From positions 1 through 50,469 of the forward strand of contig CAVUPH010000005.1 in the NCBI GenBank assembly GCA_963743305.1: a stretch of 50,469 nucleotides of DNA, in the 5' to 3' direction. The translations under genes were made by a program, and so were the position numbers. Origin of the DNA: an uncultured delta proteobacterium. Its GTDB lineage: Bacteria; Desulfobacterota; RBG-13-43-22. Positions 1-9,021 of this stretch are shown piece after piece (within the stretch, counting starts at the first letter, position 1; every line of letters starts with the position of its first letter). Below the pieces are notes generated by a model. It was given only the letters and a program-made list of their open reading frames with translations, ran no database searches and was not told the DNA's origin.

Positions 1-54
1 TTGAATTTCCTTCAAAGGAATCCAATTCTGCCGATTGTTTAGTTGAATCTCCAT
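1..54 (-). CDS. ybeY: rRNA maturation endoribonuclease YbeY, N-terminal fragment (runs off window)
   Basis: ATG at 54 preceded by GGAG; translates MEIQLNNRQNWIPLKEIQ, resembling YbeY N-termini; fits the conserved phoH-HD-ybeY gene order. Only 18 codons are visible. Confidence 0.6.
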   Translation of the reverse strand, partial: MEIQLNNRQNWIPLKEIQ

Positions 55-2374
55 TGCTCCTCTTCCTGGCCTGGCCGGTTTTGCCCGGCAATTCCGGGTA
101 CTCGATCCGATGGTGAAAAATACCATTTAAAATTTTATTGAAACTGCCGGAAATCTGATTGAGATCTTTCAAGGTCAATTCACATTCATCCAATTGTCCG
201 TCGGCAAAAGCGTTGGTGATGATCTTGCTGACCAGACCTTGAATCCGGGACGGGGTGGGATCCACCAGGGTTCGAGAAGCCGCCTCGATGCCATCGGCCA
301 ACATGACCAAACCGGCTTCCCGGGTTTGGGGTTTTGGTCCGGGATAGCGAAAATCTTCGGTGGATACCTGAGCGGGATCATCGCCCTTCAATTCCAGGGC
401 CTTCTGGTAAAAATAGGAAATCAGACTGGTCCCATGATGCTGCTCGATGATATCGACAATAGGCGATTCCAATTTATAGTATTTGGCCATATCCACTCCC
501 TCCTTAATATGGGAGATCAGAATCAGGCTGCTCATGGAAGGGGCCAGTTTCTCATGCTTATTCTCACCCCCCATTTGGTTTTCAATAAAATACAGGGGCT
601 TGGGGGCCTTGCCGATATCATGATAGTAAGCGCTCACCCGGGCCAGCAGAGGTTTGGCGCCAATGGCCTCAGCCGCCGCCTCGACCATATTGCCGACGAT
701 GATACTGTGATGATAGGTCCCGGGAGCCTGGATCATCAATTCCCGGAGCAGGGGCTGGTCCATGTTGGCCCGCTCCAGCAGGCGCATATCGGTAGCATAA
801 CCGAACAGCTTTTCCACCAGGGGGCTGAATCCGGTCACTACAATACCGGACAAAACACCACCCGAAAAACCCAAGAGCAGGTGGACAATGGTTTCCCAAG
901 AAAACAGCCTGGCCTGCATCATCTGCAGGGTCAGGGAACTGCCGATGTTCAAGAGGCCCAAATAAAAACCCAACCGGATCAGGTCCCAGCGATTGTGGCA
1001 AGTGCGTTGACTTTGAGCGGCCCAGAGGCCGGCAATGGCGAAATACAGGGAAAGACCCGGTCCGACGTCTAAAAACAGGGCCGTTAAGGAGGACTGAATC
1101 AAGGTGAAGAGGATAGCCGGCACCGGCCCCAAAACCAGGCTGACCATCATGGGAGCGGCGGGCAAAGGGATCGCCAGCAAGAAATTACGTGGGGTCATGC
1201 CGGGTAGGCCGCCGACAAAAGCCTGGGCGATGAAATCCGCGGTTCGGATCGTCAGGAAGGAAAGGGCCAGCATGATCGTTAAAAATATAAGGTCCCGCCA
1301 ATTATTCAGGTTGGGCTTAAGGCTGTCCATTACCAGGCGAAAAGACATATAGACGAACAGCCCCCAGAGCAGTACCAGTCCTAAAGAAGTGAGGAAGATA
1401 TCGAGTCCCTGCTGCTGCTTGAACTGGAGTCGAATTTTGGTCAGGGCCGCCTCGTCGATTTTTTCCCCTTCCCGAACAATAGGCTCCCCTTTCTTTATCT
1501 GAAAAAAAACCGGCCGCGTTTCTTGGAAGGCTTTCGCGCGCCTTTGATCGGTCTCACTATTATTAAAAAAGAGGTTGGGGACCACCAGTTTTTGGGCCAA
1601 GGCAATGCTTAACGGCCGCATTCCCCCCCGGGTGCCGGTGAGCAGGTAAGCGGCTTGTTTTTCCAGACGGTCCCGCGCCTCGTTCAGGTCGGGAAATCGC
1701 TCCACATCTTTGACCTGCCACTCGCGGCCGGAACGCAATTTCCGAACCACAATCCCCCGCTGGTGTTCACTCATCAAGGTGAGCTTATTGCCGACTACGC
1801 CCACGGCCATGATCGATTGGATCATCTTGGTCAGACCTTCTTCCAAAGAAACAGAAAAACGGTCTTTGGTCAGGGCCTTAATTTCCGAGGGGGTCAATTC
1901 TATGCCCCAAGCCTTATCCAGTTTTTCCCAAACCTCATTTCCCGCCGGCGCGGTCCGGCCGACGCCGTTACTCGCACCCTCTCGGAGCAGTTGAAAGCCC
2001 TGATGGAGGCGTTGCGTCAAAGCGGTCACCGCCCCCTCGTCGAAATCGTAGACCGCCGGAACGGCATTGGCGACTTCTGCCTTTTTTGATTCGGTGGCGT
2101 CCTGATCTTCCACCAGCAGATCCTGCTTGGCCTTGATATCATAAGGCGCCACCTCGCCGACCTGGAAATGGTGCGGGGGAAGAAGCAAGCTAGGGGTATT
2201 CACGACCATAATGAACAGACAAAGGCCGATTAACAGGATTAATTTCCCCTTAGCCAGATCCTTAACCTTATTCCATTGCTCCAGGAACCGGTCATTGGCG
2301 GAAATCGCCTCTTTCCCCAACGTACGGGAGATGCGGAAGGATTTGGCTTTCTTATCTCGATCGGAGCGTTCCAT
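1..2374 (-). CDS. 7TM-HD (HDIG) membrane phosphohydrolase, PgpH/YqfF family (putative cyclic-di-AMP phosphodiesterase); 3' end runs off window
   Basis: Missing from the ORF track because its stop lies outside the window. Manual translation from ATG 2374 (MERSDRDKK) gives an N-terminal TM, an extracellular domain, TM segments, then APGTYHHS...YYHDIGK...FHHRIEYP. Start and end are in the same frame. Confidence 0.9.
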   Translation of the reverse strand, partial: MERSDRDKKAKSFRISRTLGKEAISANDRFLEQWNKVKDLAKGKLILLIGLCLFIMVVNTPSLLLPPHHFQVGEVAPYDIKAKQDLLVEDQDATESKKAEVANAVPAVYDFDEGAVTALTQRLHQGFQLLREGASNGVGRTAPAGNEVWEKLDKAWGIELTPSEIKALTKDRFSVSLEEGLTKMIQSIMAVGVVGNKLTLMSEHQRGIVVRKLRSGREWQVKDVERFPDLNEARDRLEKQAAYLLTGTRGGMRPLSIALAQKLVVPNLFFNNSETDQRRAKAFQETRPVFFQIKKGEPIVREGEKIDEAALTKIRLQFKQQQGLDIFLTSLGLVLLWGLFVYMSFRLVMDSLKPNLNNWRDLIFLTIMLALSFLTIRTADFIAQAFVGGLPGMTPRNFLLAIPLPAAPMMVSLVLGPVPAILFTLIQSSLTALFLDVGPGLSLYFAIAGLWAAQSQRTCHNRWDLIRLGFYLGLLNIGSSLTLQMMQARLFSWETIVHLLLGFSGGVLSGIVVTGFSPLVEKLFGYATDMRLLERANMDQPLLRELMIQAPGTYHHSIIVGNMVEAAAEAIGAKPLLARVSAYYHDIGKAPKPLYFIENQMGGENKHEKLAPSMSSLILISHIKEGVDMAKYYKLESPIVDIIEQHHGTSLISYFYQKALELKGDDPAQVSTEDFRYPGPKPQTREAGLVMLADGIEAASRTLVDPTPSRIQGLVSKIITNAFADGQLDECELTLKDLNQISGSFNKILNGIFHHRIEYPELPGKTGQARKRSNGDSTKQSAELDSFEGNS

Positions 2375-2398
2375 GATTTAGGCTAATTTCGGAGCGAC

Positions 2399-3388
2399 TT
2401 AGAAGCCCTTTCCCCTTTTCTCCCGTTCTTCATAGGCCTGGATGATTTCCTGCACCAAGGGGTGGCGAATAACGTCTTTTTTGGTGAAATAGATAAAGTC
2501 GATGCCCTTGATCCCCTCTAAAACTTTCCGGGCCTCCACCAGCCCCGACATTTTTCCCTCCGGCAAATCAATCTGGGTGACATCACCGGTAATAACCGCC
2601 TTCGAACTGAACCCCAATCGGGTCAGGAACATTTTCATTTGTTCCGAAGTGGTATTCTGGGCCTCATCCAGGATAACAAAAGAATCATTCAGGGTCCGGC
2701 CGCGCATAAAGGCCAGCGGGGCCACCTCGATGACTCCCCGTTGCACCAGCTTGTTGGCCTTTTCAAAATTCATCATGTCGTGCAGGGCGTCATAAAGCGG
2801 ACGAAGATAGGGATTCACTTTTTCATAAAGATCTCCGGGCAGGAACCCCAGTTTCTCACCGGCTTCCACGGCCGGGCGGGCCAAGACAATCCGAATCACC
2901 TCGTTTTTCATCAACGCCGCCACGGCCATGGACATGGCCAGGTAGGTTTTCCCGGTCCCGGCCGGGCCGATGCCGAAGACGATATCCGTTCTTCGAATGG
3001 ATTCAATATAATCTTTTTGTCTTTGGGTTTTGGGGGTGATGACCCGTTTTTGCGAAGTCACGTAGACGGTATCCAAGAATACCGCCTGAAGAGATCCCTG
3101 ATGGTTTTCCTGCAGGAAGCGAATGGCGAACTCCAGGTCGTTGGGGTAAAGTGGAAATCCTTTTTTTAGGAGCTCATAGAGTTCCAGAAATAATTTCTCG
3201 GCTAAAAGGATATCCGGACTTTCCCCCCTGATTTGGAGGGTATTGCCTCGGGTGGTGATTTTAAGCCCCAGCCGCTCCTCGACTAATTTGACGTTGAGAT
3301 TATGCTCGCCGAATAAGTTCTGGGCGACCTGGTTATCCTCAAAACTGATCCGGCGGATGGATCCCTGCTCGGCCAAGTCTTTTTCCAA
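2399..3388 (-). CDS. phoH: PhoH-family ATPase (PhoH-like/YbeZ)
   Basis: GPAGTGKT Walker A, RPAVEAGEKLGFLPG, AFMRGRTL and DEAQN motifs; N-terminal KH-like segment. Confidence 0.96.
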   Translation of the reverse strand: MEKDLAEQGSIRRISFEDNQVAQNLFGEHNLNVKLVEERLGLKITTRGNTLQIRGESPDILLAEKLFLELYELLKKGFPLYPNDLEFAIRFLQENHQGSLQAVFLDTVYVTSQKRVITPKTQRQKDYIESIRRTDIVFGIGPAGTGKTYLAMSMAVAALMKNEVIRIVLARPAVEAGEKLGFLPGDLYEKVNPYLRPLYDALHDMMNFEKANKLVQRGVIEVAPLAFMRGRTLNDSFVILDEAQNTTSEQMKMFLTRLGFSSKAVITGDVTQIDLPEGKMSGLVEARKVLEGIKGIDFIYFTKKDVIRHPLVQEIIQAYEEREKRGKGF

Positions 3389-3463
3389 GGTTTCCGTGAG
3401 TCTTTCCTCCCTTTTGCGGATGCCCCTTCAGGGCCTCGGGTTTTCCCGATAACTGGGTGGTTG

Positions 3464-3555
3464 TTCGCCCTTTGGGGTGGGTGGCCACGATATCCGGTAG
3501 ATTGGACTGAAATCAGGCCCTCGTGGCCGTCTGGTCTTGACGCAAGGGTTTTCCA
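3464..3555 (+). repeat. Dispersed repeat family X, copy A (inverted relative to copy B, with internal insert)
   Basis: Reverse complement reads TGGAAAACCC...AGACCAGACGGCCA...ACCCACCCCAAAGGGCGAA, matching copy B. Internal GGCCACGA/TCGTGGCC hairpin. Confidence 0.8.
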
Positions 3556-3665
3556 CCTGGCCTTATAGGTTCTAACCCGGCCCCATTGTTTCTAAATCTT
3601 CCCGGAAGCAGGGCCAGCCTGGGAAGCATCAAAAGTCTCCAGGTTTGGGCCTGCTTCCAATAAAA

Positions 3666-3780
3666 TTAGCAAGTTCGGCCCGGATTCGAAGTCCGGCGTA
3701 CCTTTGGAAAACCCATTCACCGAGACCAGACGGCCATACCCGATCTAGGGGGTACCCACCCAAAAGGGCGAAGCGTCAAA
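3666..3780. repeat. Dispersed repeat family X, copy B (115 bp)
   Basis: Ungapped match to 41711-41825 with 16 mismatches in 115 nt (manual count). Confidence 0.92.
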
Positions 3781-3788
3781 TTGTTTTT

Positions 3789-3797
3789 ATTATACCA
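3789..3797 (-). promoter_or_regulatory. Candidate extended -10 element (TGGTATAAT) pointing towards phoH
   Basis: Perfect TGnTATAAT on the minus strand; no clear -35. Confidence 0.45.
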
Positions 3798-3986
3798 CCT
3801 TTTCTGCTTTCCCAACATTTTTTTCTACCCGGCTCTTTTTCGCAATCTTATGAATTTACTTGACTATTGATTTCTCCTTTGCTACCACATTTTATAGACA
3901 CTTTTCTGAGAATTTGTCTCTAAATCCGTCATGTGGTTTTTATTACAGCCAAAAATATTTCAAAGCTTTTTGGCTGGGGGTTACTC

Positions 3987-4565
3987 ATGAACCTGCTCGA
4001 CTTGGCCATCCTGATTATCGTAGTTCTAATTGCCGTCCGAGGCTTTTATCGCGGTATCATCCAAGAGGCCGCCACCCTTCTCGGAATTATCGCCAGCTTC
4101 TTCCTGGCTTTTTATTATTACAACGATTTGGCCCACTTTCTGTTTCGTTTTACTCAAAATTACCTGGTAACGCTTTATTTTTTCTCATTCTTCCTGCTTC
4201 TCGCCTTGAGTTTTTTTCTATTCCGGGCCTTTGGGCTCCTGATAAAAAAGATAACTCAACTCACCCTCTTCGGTTGGGTGGATCGGGCACTGGGTGGATT
4301 ATTCGGTCTGATCAAGGGAATAGTGGTGGTGTTTTTTTTGGTTACCTTGTTGGCCCTGCTCCTGCCCAAGCAGCATTCGCTCATCAACCACTCCCGTTTA
4401 TTCCCCTGGGTGATCTCCCTGACCGATCGAATCGCCCTGCTCGTCCCCGGCAAAATAACGGAGGACTTCGCTCGGAAGAAAAAAGAGCTTCGGGAGTATT
4501 GGGAAGAAAAACAACAACTCCTCAAAAGCAAGCCCAAATACCCCAATTATGACGATTCCCGATAA
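3987..4565 (+). CDS. cvpA: CvpA-family (colicin V production) membrane protein
   Basis: MNLLDLAIL...RGFYRGIIQE and DRALGGLFGLIKG signatures; ATG at 3987 preferred over the track start. Confidence 0.9.
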   Translation: MNLLDLAILIIVVLIAVRGFYRGIIQEAATLLGIIASFFLAFYYYNDLAHFLFRFTQNYLVTLYFFSFFLLLALSFFLFRAFGLLIKKITQLTLFGWVDRALGGLFGLIKGIVVVFFLVTLLALLLPKQHSLINHSRLFPWVISLTDRIALLVPGKITEDFARKKKELREYWEEKQQLLKSKPKYPNYDDSR

Positions 4566-5337
4566 ACCGCCCGTCGGAGTTGAGGATCTTCGAGAACTAC
4601 TGGCCCGCCTGCGAGGTCCCCAAGGATGCCCCTGGGACCGGAAGCAGGACCCGGAAAGCCTGAAAATCTATCTTCTGGAAGAAACCTACGAATTGGCCGA
4701 GGCCCTGGATCGGGAAGCCCCCAAGATATCTGTGAAGAATTGGGAGATCTCCTCTTTTTGATGTTGTTTATCTGCCGGATCTATGAAGAACGAGGGGTCT
4801 TTGACCTCTCTGAAGTTATGGAAAGGATCCAGGAGAAAATGATCCGCCGTCACCCCCACGTTTTTGGCGAGGTGCAGTGGCGCCAGGCGGAAGAAGTGGT
4901 CCAGGGTTGGCAGGGTCTAAAGGCCGAAGAAAAACCCGACCAAAGTCCCTTTGATTCCATCCCGGCAGCCCTGCCCAGCCTGTTGAAGGCCCATCGTATT
5001 TCCCAGCGGGCGGCCGGCTTAGGCTTTGACTGGCCCGATATTGGCGGCGTTCTGGAAAAGGTGCACGAGGAATTGGGGGAGTTGGAGGAGGCCATCGAAG
5101 GGCCCTGACCCGACCGCGACCCGGGAAGAACTCGGGGACCTGCTCTTCACCCTGGTAAACCTGGGGAGATTTCTAGGCATCCATACTGAAAATGCCCTCA
5201 GAAGTGCGAACCGCAAATTTTTAACGCGATTTCTGCGTCTGCTGGCTGACCCGGAATATATAGGAAAAAATTCCCAGTCCCTGACTCCGGGGGACTGGGA
5301 AAACCTCTGGAACCGAACCAAGTCCCGCCGGGATTAA
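4549..5337 (+). CDS. mazG: Nucleoside triphosphate pyrophosphohydrolase MazG (two frameshifts, ~4720 and ~5100)
   Basis: LRGPQGCPWDRKQ, EETYEL, EELGDLLF, RRHPHVF, GFDWP and a second EELGDLLF are spread over three consecutive frames. Confidence 0.92.
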
Positions 5338-5368
5338 ACCTGGACATTTGATGTACCCGTTAGGCCAA

Positions 5369-7780
5369 CTAAACCCGAAATTCAAAAATCCAGACCCGGT
5401 CCTGATGATAAAGTAACCGCATCCGGGGATTTGCGCTTAGCCCGGAAATTCCATAAAGACTATCCTGCCCCGATTTCTGCCCGATATAAATATGGGTGAG
5501 CCCTCTTTTTTTTATTTCGTTGATCACTTCCGGACTACTAAGCCCCTGTTTCGCTATCAGCCGGGGCAGGGCATTAATCCAGGAAACATAATCCGGACGT
5601 GGACCGGTTTCCGATCCGTAATTCAGCGGGGGGAGCATCGTCTTCCGATCGGCCAACAGAGGCAACCACCAACCGCCGTCTACACCCACAATCAGGGTAT
5701 CATCGTAGGCAAAGGCGGAATTCACCAGAAATCGGGCCTCTTTCGGGAGGTGATGATCGATCCAGGTGTAGGCCCTCAAGTCGGAACGGGTGGCCAGGGA
5801 GTGTTTGACCCTATCCACTTCGTTAAGCCGTTTCCCAGCCCCCCAGAGGCCCAGCCCGATACAGAGCATTACGGCGAGATAGGTCCAGGCGGATCGCCCT
5901 CCCCGAATCCGGGATTGCAGGATCGTGCCGGCCCAGATCCCAATGATTACGGCCGCCGGAATATAAACGGCGATCATGACGGCAAAACTGCTCAGAGTTC
6001 CCGCCCCCGGCAAGCCCAGCCATTGGGGATTGGCCGCCAAAACTACCCAGAACCACCAGAGCCCCAGTAAAGCGATGCCCTTTTCTCTCCGCCATAACCC
6101 GATTCCCAGGGCCAAGGCCAACAGCAGCCAACCCTTAACCGGAAGATAGACCCGCAAATCACCGATGGCATTGTATCCTCTGGTCCAATCGGATAATTTT
6201 TGGGGCGAGGTCGTTACCTGGTAAGAAAAACTCGATAAAATTTTCCCGGAAAAGACATGAATAAACCAGGGAAGGAAAATAATCCCCGCTCCCGCGCCGA
6301 TCAAAAGAATCCTCTCTAAAGCGGGCCAGCTTTTCCTTTTGTCCGTTTCCAGGATATAATAGGACACCAGGAAAAACAGAAAAAAGATTAAGACGCGATA
6401 GTGGGTCAAGGCCAATCCCCCTAAAGTCAGCCAGGACAAGAAAAGCACCGGCCAATCCCGCTCGCGATTCTTAAGCCCCACCCAGGCCAACACCACCATG
6501 GCCGGCAAAATGGTTTGGCCGCCAAGCTGGGTGTAACGACCCCAGTTGACGTAACCCATGGGTAAAGGGAAGAGGAGCCCGGCCAACAGAACCGATGCCA
6601 CCCCCGCCCAGCGGCTGCCCGTAAATCGAAAGGCCAGCGGATAGAGACTGACCACCGCCAAGCCATTCATTATTTGCCCCAGCCAAAGCGTAGCCCTCTC
6701 CAAAGCCCATCCGGTCGCCCAATGAAGCACCGCCGCGTTGGCATGAAAACCAAAATGATAAGTGAAGGATTGCAATTCCGCGTAGGGTTCCCAGGAATTA
6801 AAGAGCCCCCCGTGGTCCGCAATCAGTCGGGCAATCATGGTATGCTGCAAAGAATCCCCCCAGAGAGGGATGGCCAGAGTGCGTATGGCGTAAAAACGAA
6901 CCAAGAAAACGATAGCCAGGATAATAACCAGCGCGATATCCGGCGCTGGGGCCTCCGAATGACGCCAGGTCCTCCAGGACGCGGCCCAATGGGCCGGCCG
7001 CCAACCGCGGTTAACATAAATAAGGGCCGCGAGGGAACCGGCCAGGGTAATCCAGACCAGACCGGCTCCGAGATAAATCCCGAGCAGATTCGTCCAGAGC
7101 AGGAATACCGGATAAAGAGCCAGACTAATCCCTGCGGCTACCCCAAGTTTCTCCGCCCAGGAATGCAGTGGTAACCTGGAACCGAATAAGGAGATCAAGG
7201 ACCATCCGGGAAGTACATAAAGGAGCAGAGCGATCCCCATGATCCCCAGCCAATCGACCGCTTCCTGCATCAGGCCCCAGATCAACAAGGCGGGATCGTA
7301 GGCTAACCGAAAGACCAATTGAGCGTCCTGCGGTTGGTCGTTTTGATAGAGGGCGCCCTCCAGGTAGCTTTCTCCCGGTCCGACCGCCATTTCCAATCGA
7401 CCTTCACCGATCACCCGGCACTTCAAATAATAATCTCGGAGGCTCGAATGGTCTTGGGGTGGAAAAGTAAAACGATAAAACCCGGGGTTGGATATCCGGG
7501 CGAAGGGGATCTCACTCTTGACGATTTCTTTTGGATCTACGGGACTGCCGCTAAGCGAGATTTGAATGGAACCGGATCTGAGGTCCGCCGGTTTCAAAAA
7601 AAGGTCAATCGCCAAAAGTCCGTCATGCCAGGAGGTGAAGGTTTGACCGACCTCCTGATTTTTTGAAACCATCCTCGTTCCGGTGGCTTGAGGCTGCCCC
7701 CAGCCGGATAGCGGGGAGCAACCGCAGACAACGATGAGCAGGCAACCGAGGAGGGATACCACCGGCCAGCGCAGTTTCAT
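5369..7780 (-). CDS. Large polytopic membrane protein, GT-C-like glycosyltransferase (DUF6541-like)
   Basis: 803 aa: extracytoplasmic N-domain and many TM helices; PLWGDSLQH, YHFGFH and WGRYTQ motifs are shared with 9022-10875; adjacent to a GT2. Confidence 0.65.
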   Translation of the reverse strand: MKLRWPVVSLLGCLLIVVCGCSPLSGWGQPQATGTRMVSKNQEVGQTFTSWHDGLLAIDLFLKPADLRSGSIQISLSGSPVDPKEIVKSEIPFARISNPGFYRFTFPPQDHSSLRDYYLKCRVIGEGRLEMAVGPGESYLEGALYQNDQPQDAQLVFRLAYDPALLIWGLMQEAVDWLGIMGIALLLYVLPGWSLISLFGSRLPLHSWAEKLGVAAGISLALYPVFLLWTNLLGIYLGAGLVWITLAGSLAALIYVNRGWRPAHWAASWRTWRHSEAPAPDIALVIILAIVFLVRFYAIRTLAIPLWGDSLQHTMIARLIADHGGLFNSWEPYAELQSFTYHFGFHANAAVLHWATGWALERATLWLGQIMNGLAVVSLYPLAFRFTGSRWAGVASVLLAGLLFPLPMGYVNWGRYTQLGGQTILPAMVVLAWVGLKNRERDWPVLFLSWLTLGGLALTHYRVLIFFLFFLVSYYILETDKRKSWPALERILLIGAGAGIIFLPWFIHVFSGKILSSFSYQVTTSPQKLSDWTRGYNAIGDLRVYLPVKGWLLLALALGIGLWRREKGIALLGLWWFWVVLAANPQWLGLPGAGTLSSFAVMIAVYIPAAVIIGIWAGTILQSRIRGGRSAWTYLAVMLCIGLGLWGAGKRLNEVDRVKHSLATRSDLRAYTWIDHHLPKEARFLVNSAFAYDDTLIVGVDGGWWLPLLADRKTMLPPLNYGSETGPRPDYVSWINALPRLIAKQGLSSPEVINEIKKRGLTHIYIGQKSGQDSLYGISGLSANPRMRLLYHQDRVWIFEFRV

Positions 7781-7781
7781 T

Positions 7782-8768
7782 TTACGATTCGTCGGAGGCC
7801 GGCCCTGTTCGGTCCAGGGATTCCCGATTCTGATGGAGGTCCATTCTTTTTAAACGATAATTTACTTCTTCCAGTATTTTCCGGTTGGACCCGATCAGAT
7901 CAGCCAGGAGTCCGATCAACAGAACCTGAAATCCCACGATCAGCAGGATGGCCGCGAGGATTACCGATTGGACATGTCCCCCACCCTGGCCGTGGAGGTA
8001 AAAATACAGATAACGGAACCCGAAAAGAAACCCTCCCAGGAGCAACAGCAGGCCTCCCAGGGAAAACACCCGCAGGGGACGATAGGTGGTATAGGCCCGG
8101 ATGATGGTCGCCGTGGAATACCCCAGATAGTGGGAGAGGTTACGCATCAATCGCGAAGGACGTGTGGGAGCGTTCACTCCGATCGGAACATAGGCAACGG
8201 CCATCTTGCCTGCCCCGGCCTGGATTAACGTTTCCAGGGTATAGGAGTATTCGCTCAAGACCACGGTCCGCAAGGCCCCTTCCCGGCTGAGGGCGCGGAA
8301 ACCGCTGGTGGCATCGGGGATGGATATACCGGCGGCCTTTTCCACTACCCAGCTTCCGAACTGCTGGAGCCGTCGTTTAGGCCAGGGAAAGGATTTCAAT
8401 TGCCCCACCCCGCGGTCGCCGATCACCAGATCGGCCTTTCCCTCCAGGATAGGCTCGAGGAGACGGGCTATATCTTCTCCCCGGTACTGGTTGTCGGCAT
8501 CGGTATTCACGATCACCTCGGCACCCAGGGAGAGGGCGGCCTCCAATCCAGCCACATAGGCCTTAGCCAGGCCTTTGTGCCTTTTCAGCTTGACGATATG
8601 GCGAATTCCCAAGGCCTCGGCCACCGCCACGGTTCGGTCGCTGCTCCCGTCATCGATCAGCAAATAATCCACTTCCCCCCCGCCCGGGAGCGCCCGGGGA
8701 AGGTCTTTCCAAGTGCCCGGCAGGGTCTTTTCTTCATTATAACATGGGATCTGGATTATGATTTTCAT
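7782..8768 (-). CDS. GT2 glycosyltransferase, polyprenol-phosphate glycosyltransferase (DPM/GtrB-like)
   Basis: IPCYNEE, IDDGSSD, TDADNQY (DxD) and DATSGFR motifs plus two C-terminal TM helices. Confidence 0.92.
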   Translation of the reverse strand: MKIIIQIPCYNEEKTLPGTWKDLPRALPGGGEVDYLLIDDGSSDRTVAVAEALGIRHIVKLKRHKGLAKAYVAGLEAALSLGAEVIVNTDADNQYRGEDIARLLEPILEGKADLVIGDRGVGQLKSFPWPKRRLQQFGSWVVEKAAGISIPDATSGFRALSREGALRTVVLSEYSYTLETLIQAGAGKMAVAYVPIGVNAPTRPSRLMRNLSHYLGYSTATIIRAYTTYRPLRVFSLGGLLLLLGGFLFGFRYLYFYLHGQGGGHVQSVILAAILLIVGFQVLLIGLLADLIGSNRKILEEVNYRLKRMDLHQNRESLDRTGPASDES

Positions 8769-8771
8769 ATG

Positions 8772-8811
8772 AACCCCCATGCCCGCGGGAGGACTCGCGA
8801 GGCATGAAAAT
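8772..8811 (-). repeat. Short palindromic element (ATTTTCATGC...GCATGGGGGTT family)
   Basis: CATGCC...GGCATG hairpin; shares ATTTTCATGC-TCGCG with 18540-18580. Confidence 0.65.
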
Positions 8812-8954
8812 ATTCAGCCATAGTTTTCGTAATGGCCATCACCCACCGACCGGCCAGGTGAGGGATAAAGCCCCTGCACATCGAAGGTCAGCTGCGAGGC
8901 ATGAGACTAAATCCGCATCGGTAGGCTACGTAGGTGCCGGCCTTACCAAAGACC

Positions 8955-8995
8955 ACTTCGTCATTCGAAATTCGGTGTTCGATATTCGAAATTCT
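8955..8995. repeat. Degenerate heptamer tandem repeat (NNTTCGA-type)
   Basis: cattcga aattcgg tgttcga tattcga aattct. Confidence 0.75.
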
Positions 8996-9021
8996 TATTT
9001 ATCTACATACTCCCTATCTCT

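Noticed and set aside
194-2089. Plus-strand ORFs 194-1072 and 1655-2089
   Set aside because: Antisense shadows of the 7TM-HD gene, which the track missed because its stop is outside the window.
3680-3696. tRNA gene (minus strand CCGGA-CTTCGAA-TCCGG resembles an anticodon arm)
   Set aside because: No acceptor stem or T-arm around it, and the stem is broken in copy C; it is part of repeat family X.
4549-5337. Programmed frameshifting or a true pseudogene in mazG and other split genes
   Set aside because: Indels are scattered through many unrelated genes without slippery-site context; sequencing error is more parsimonious.
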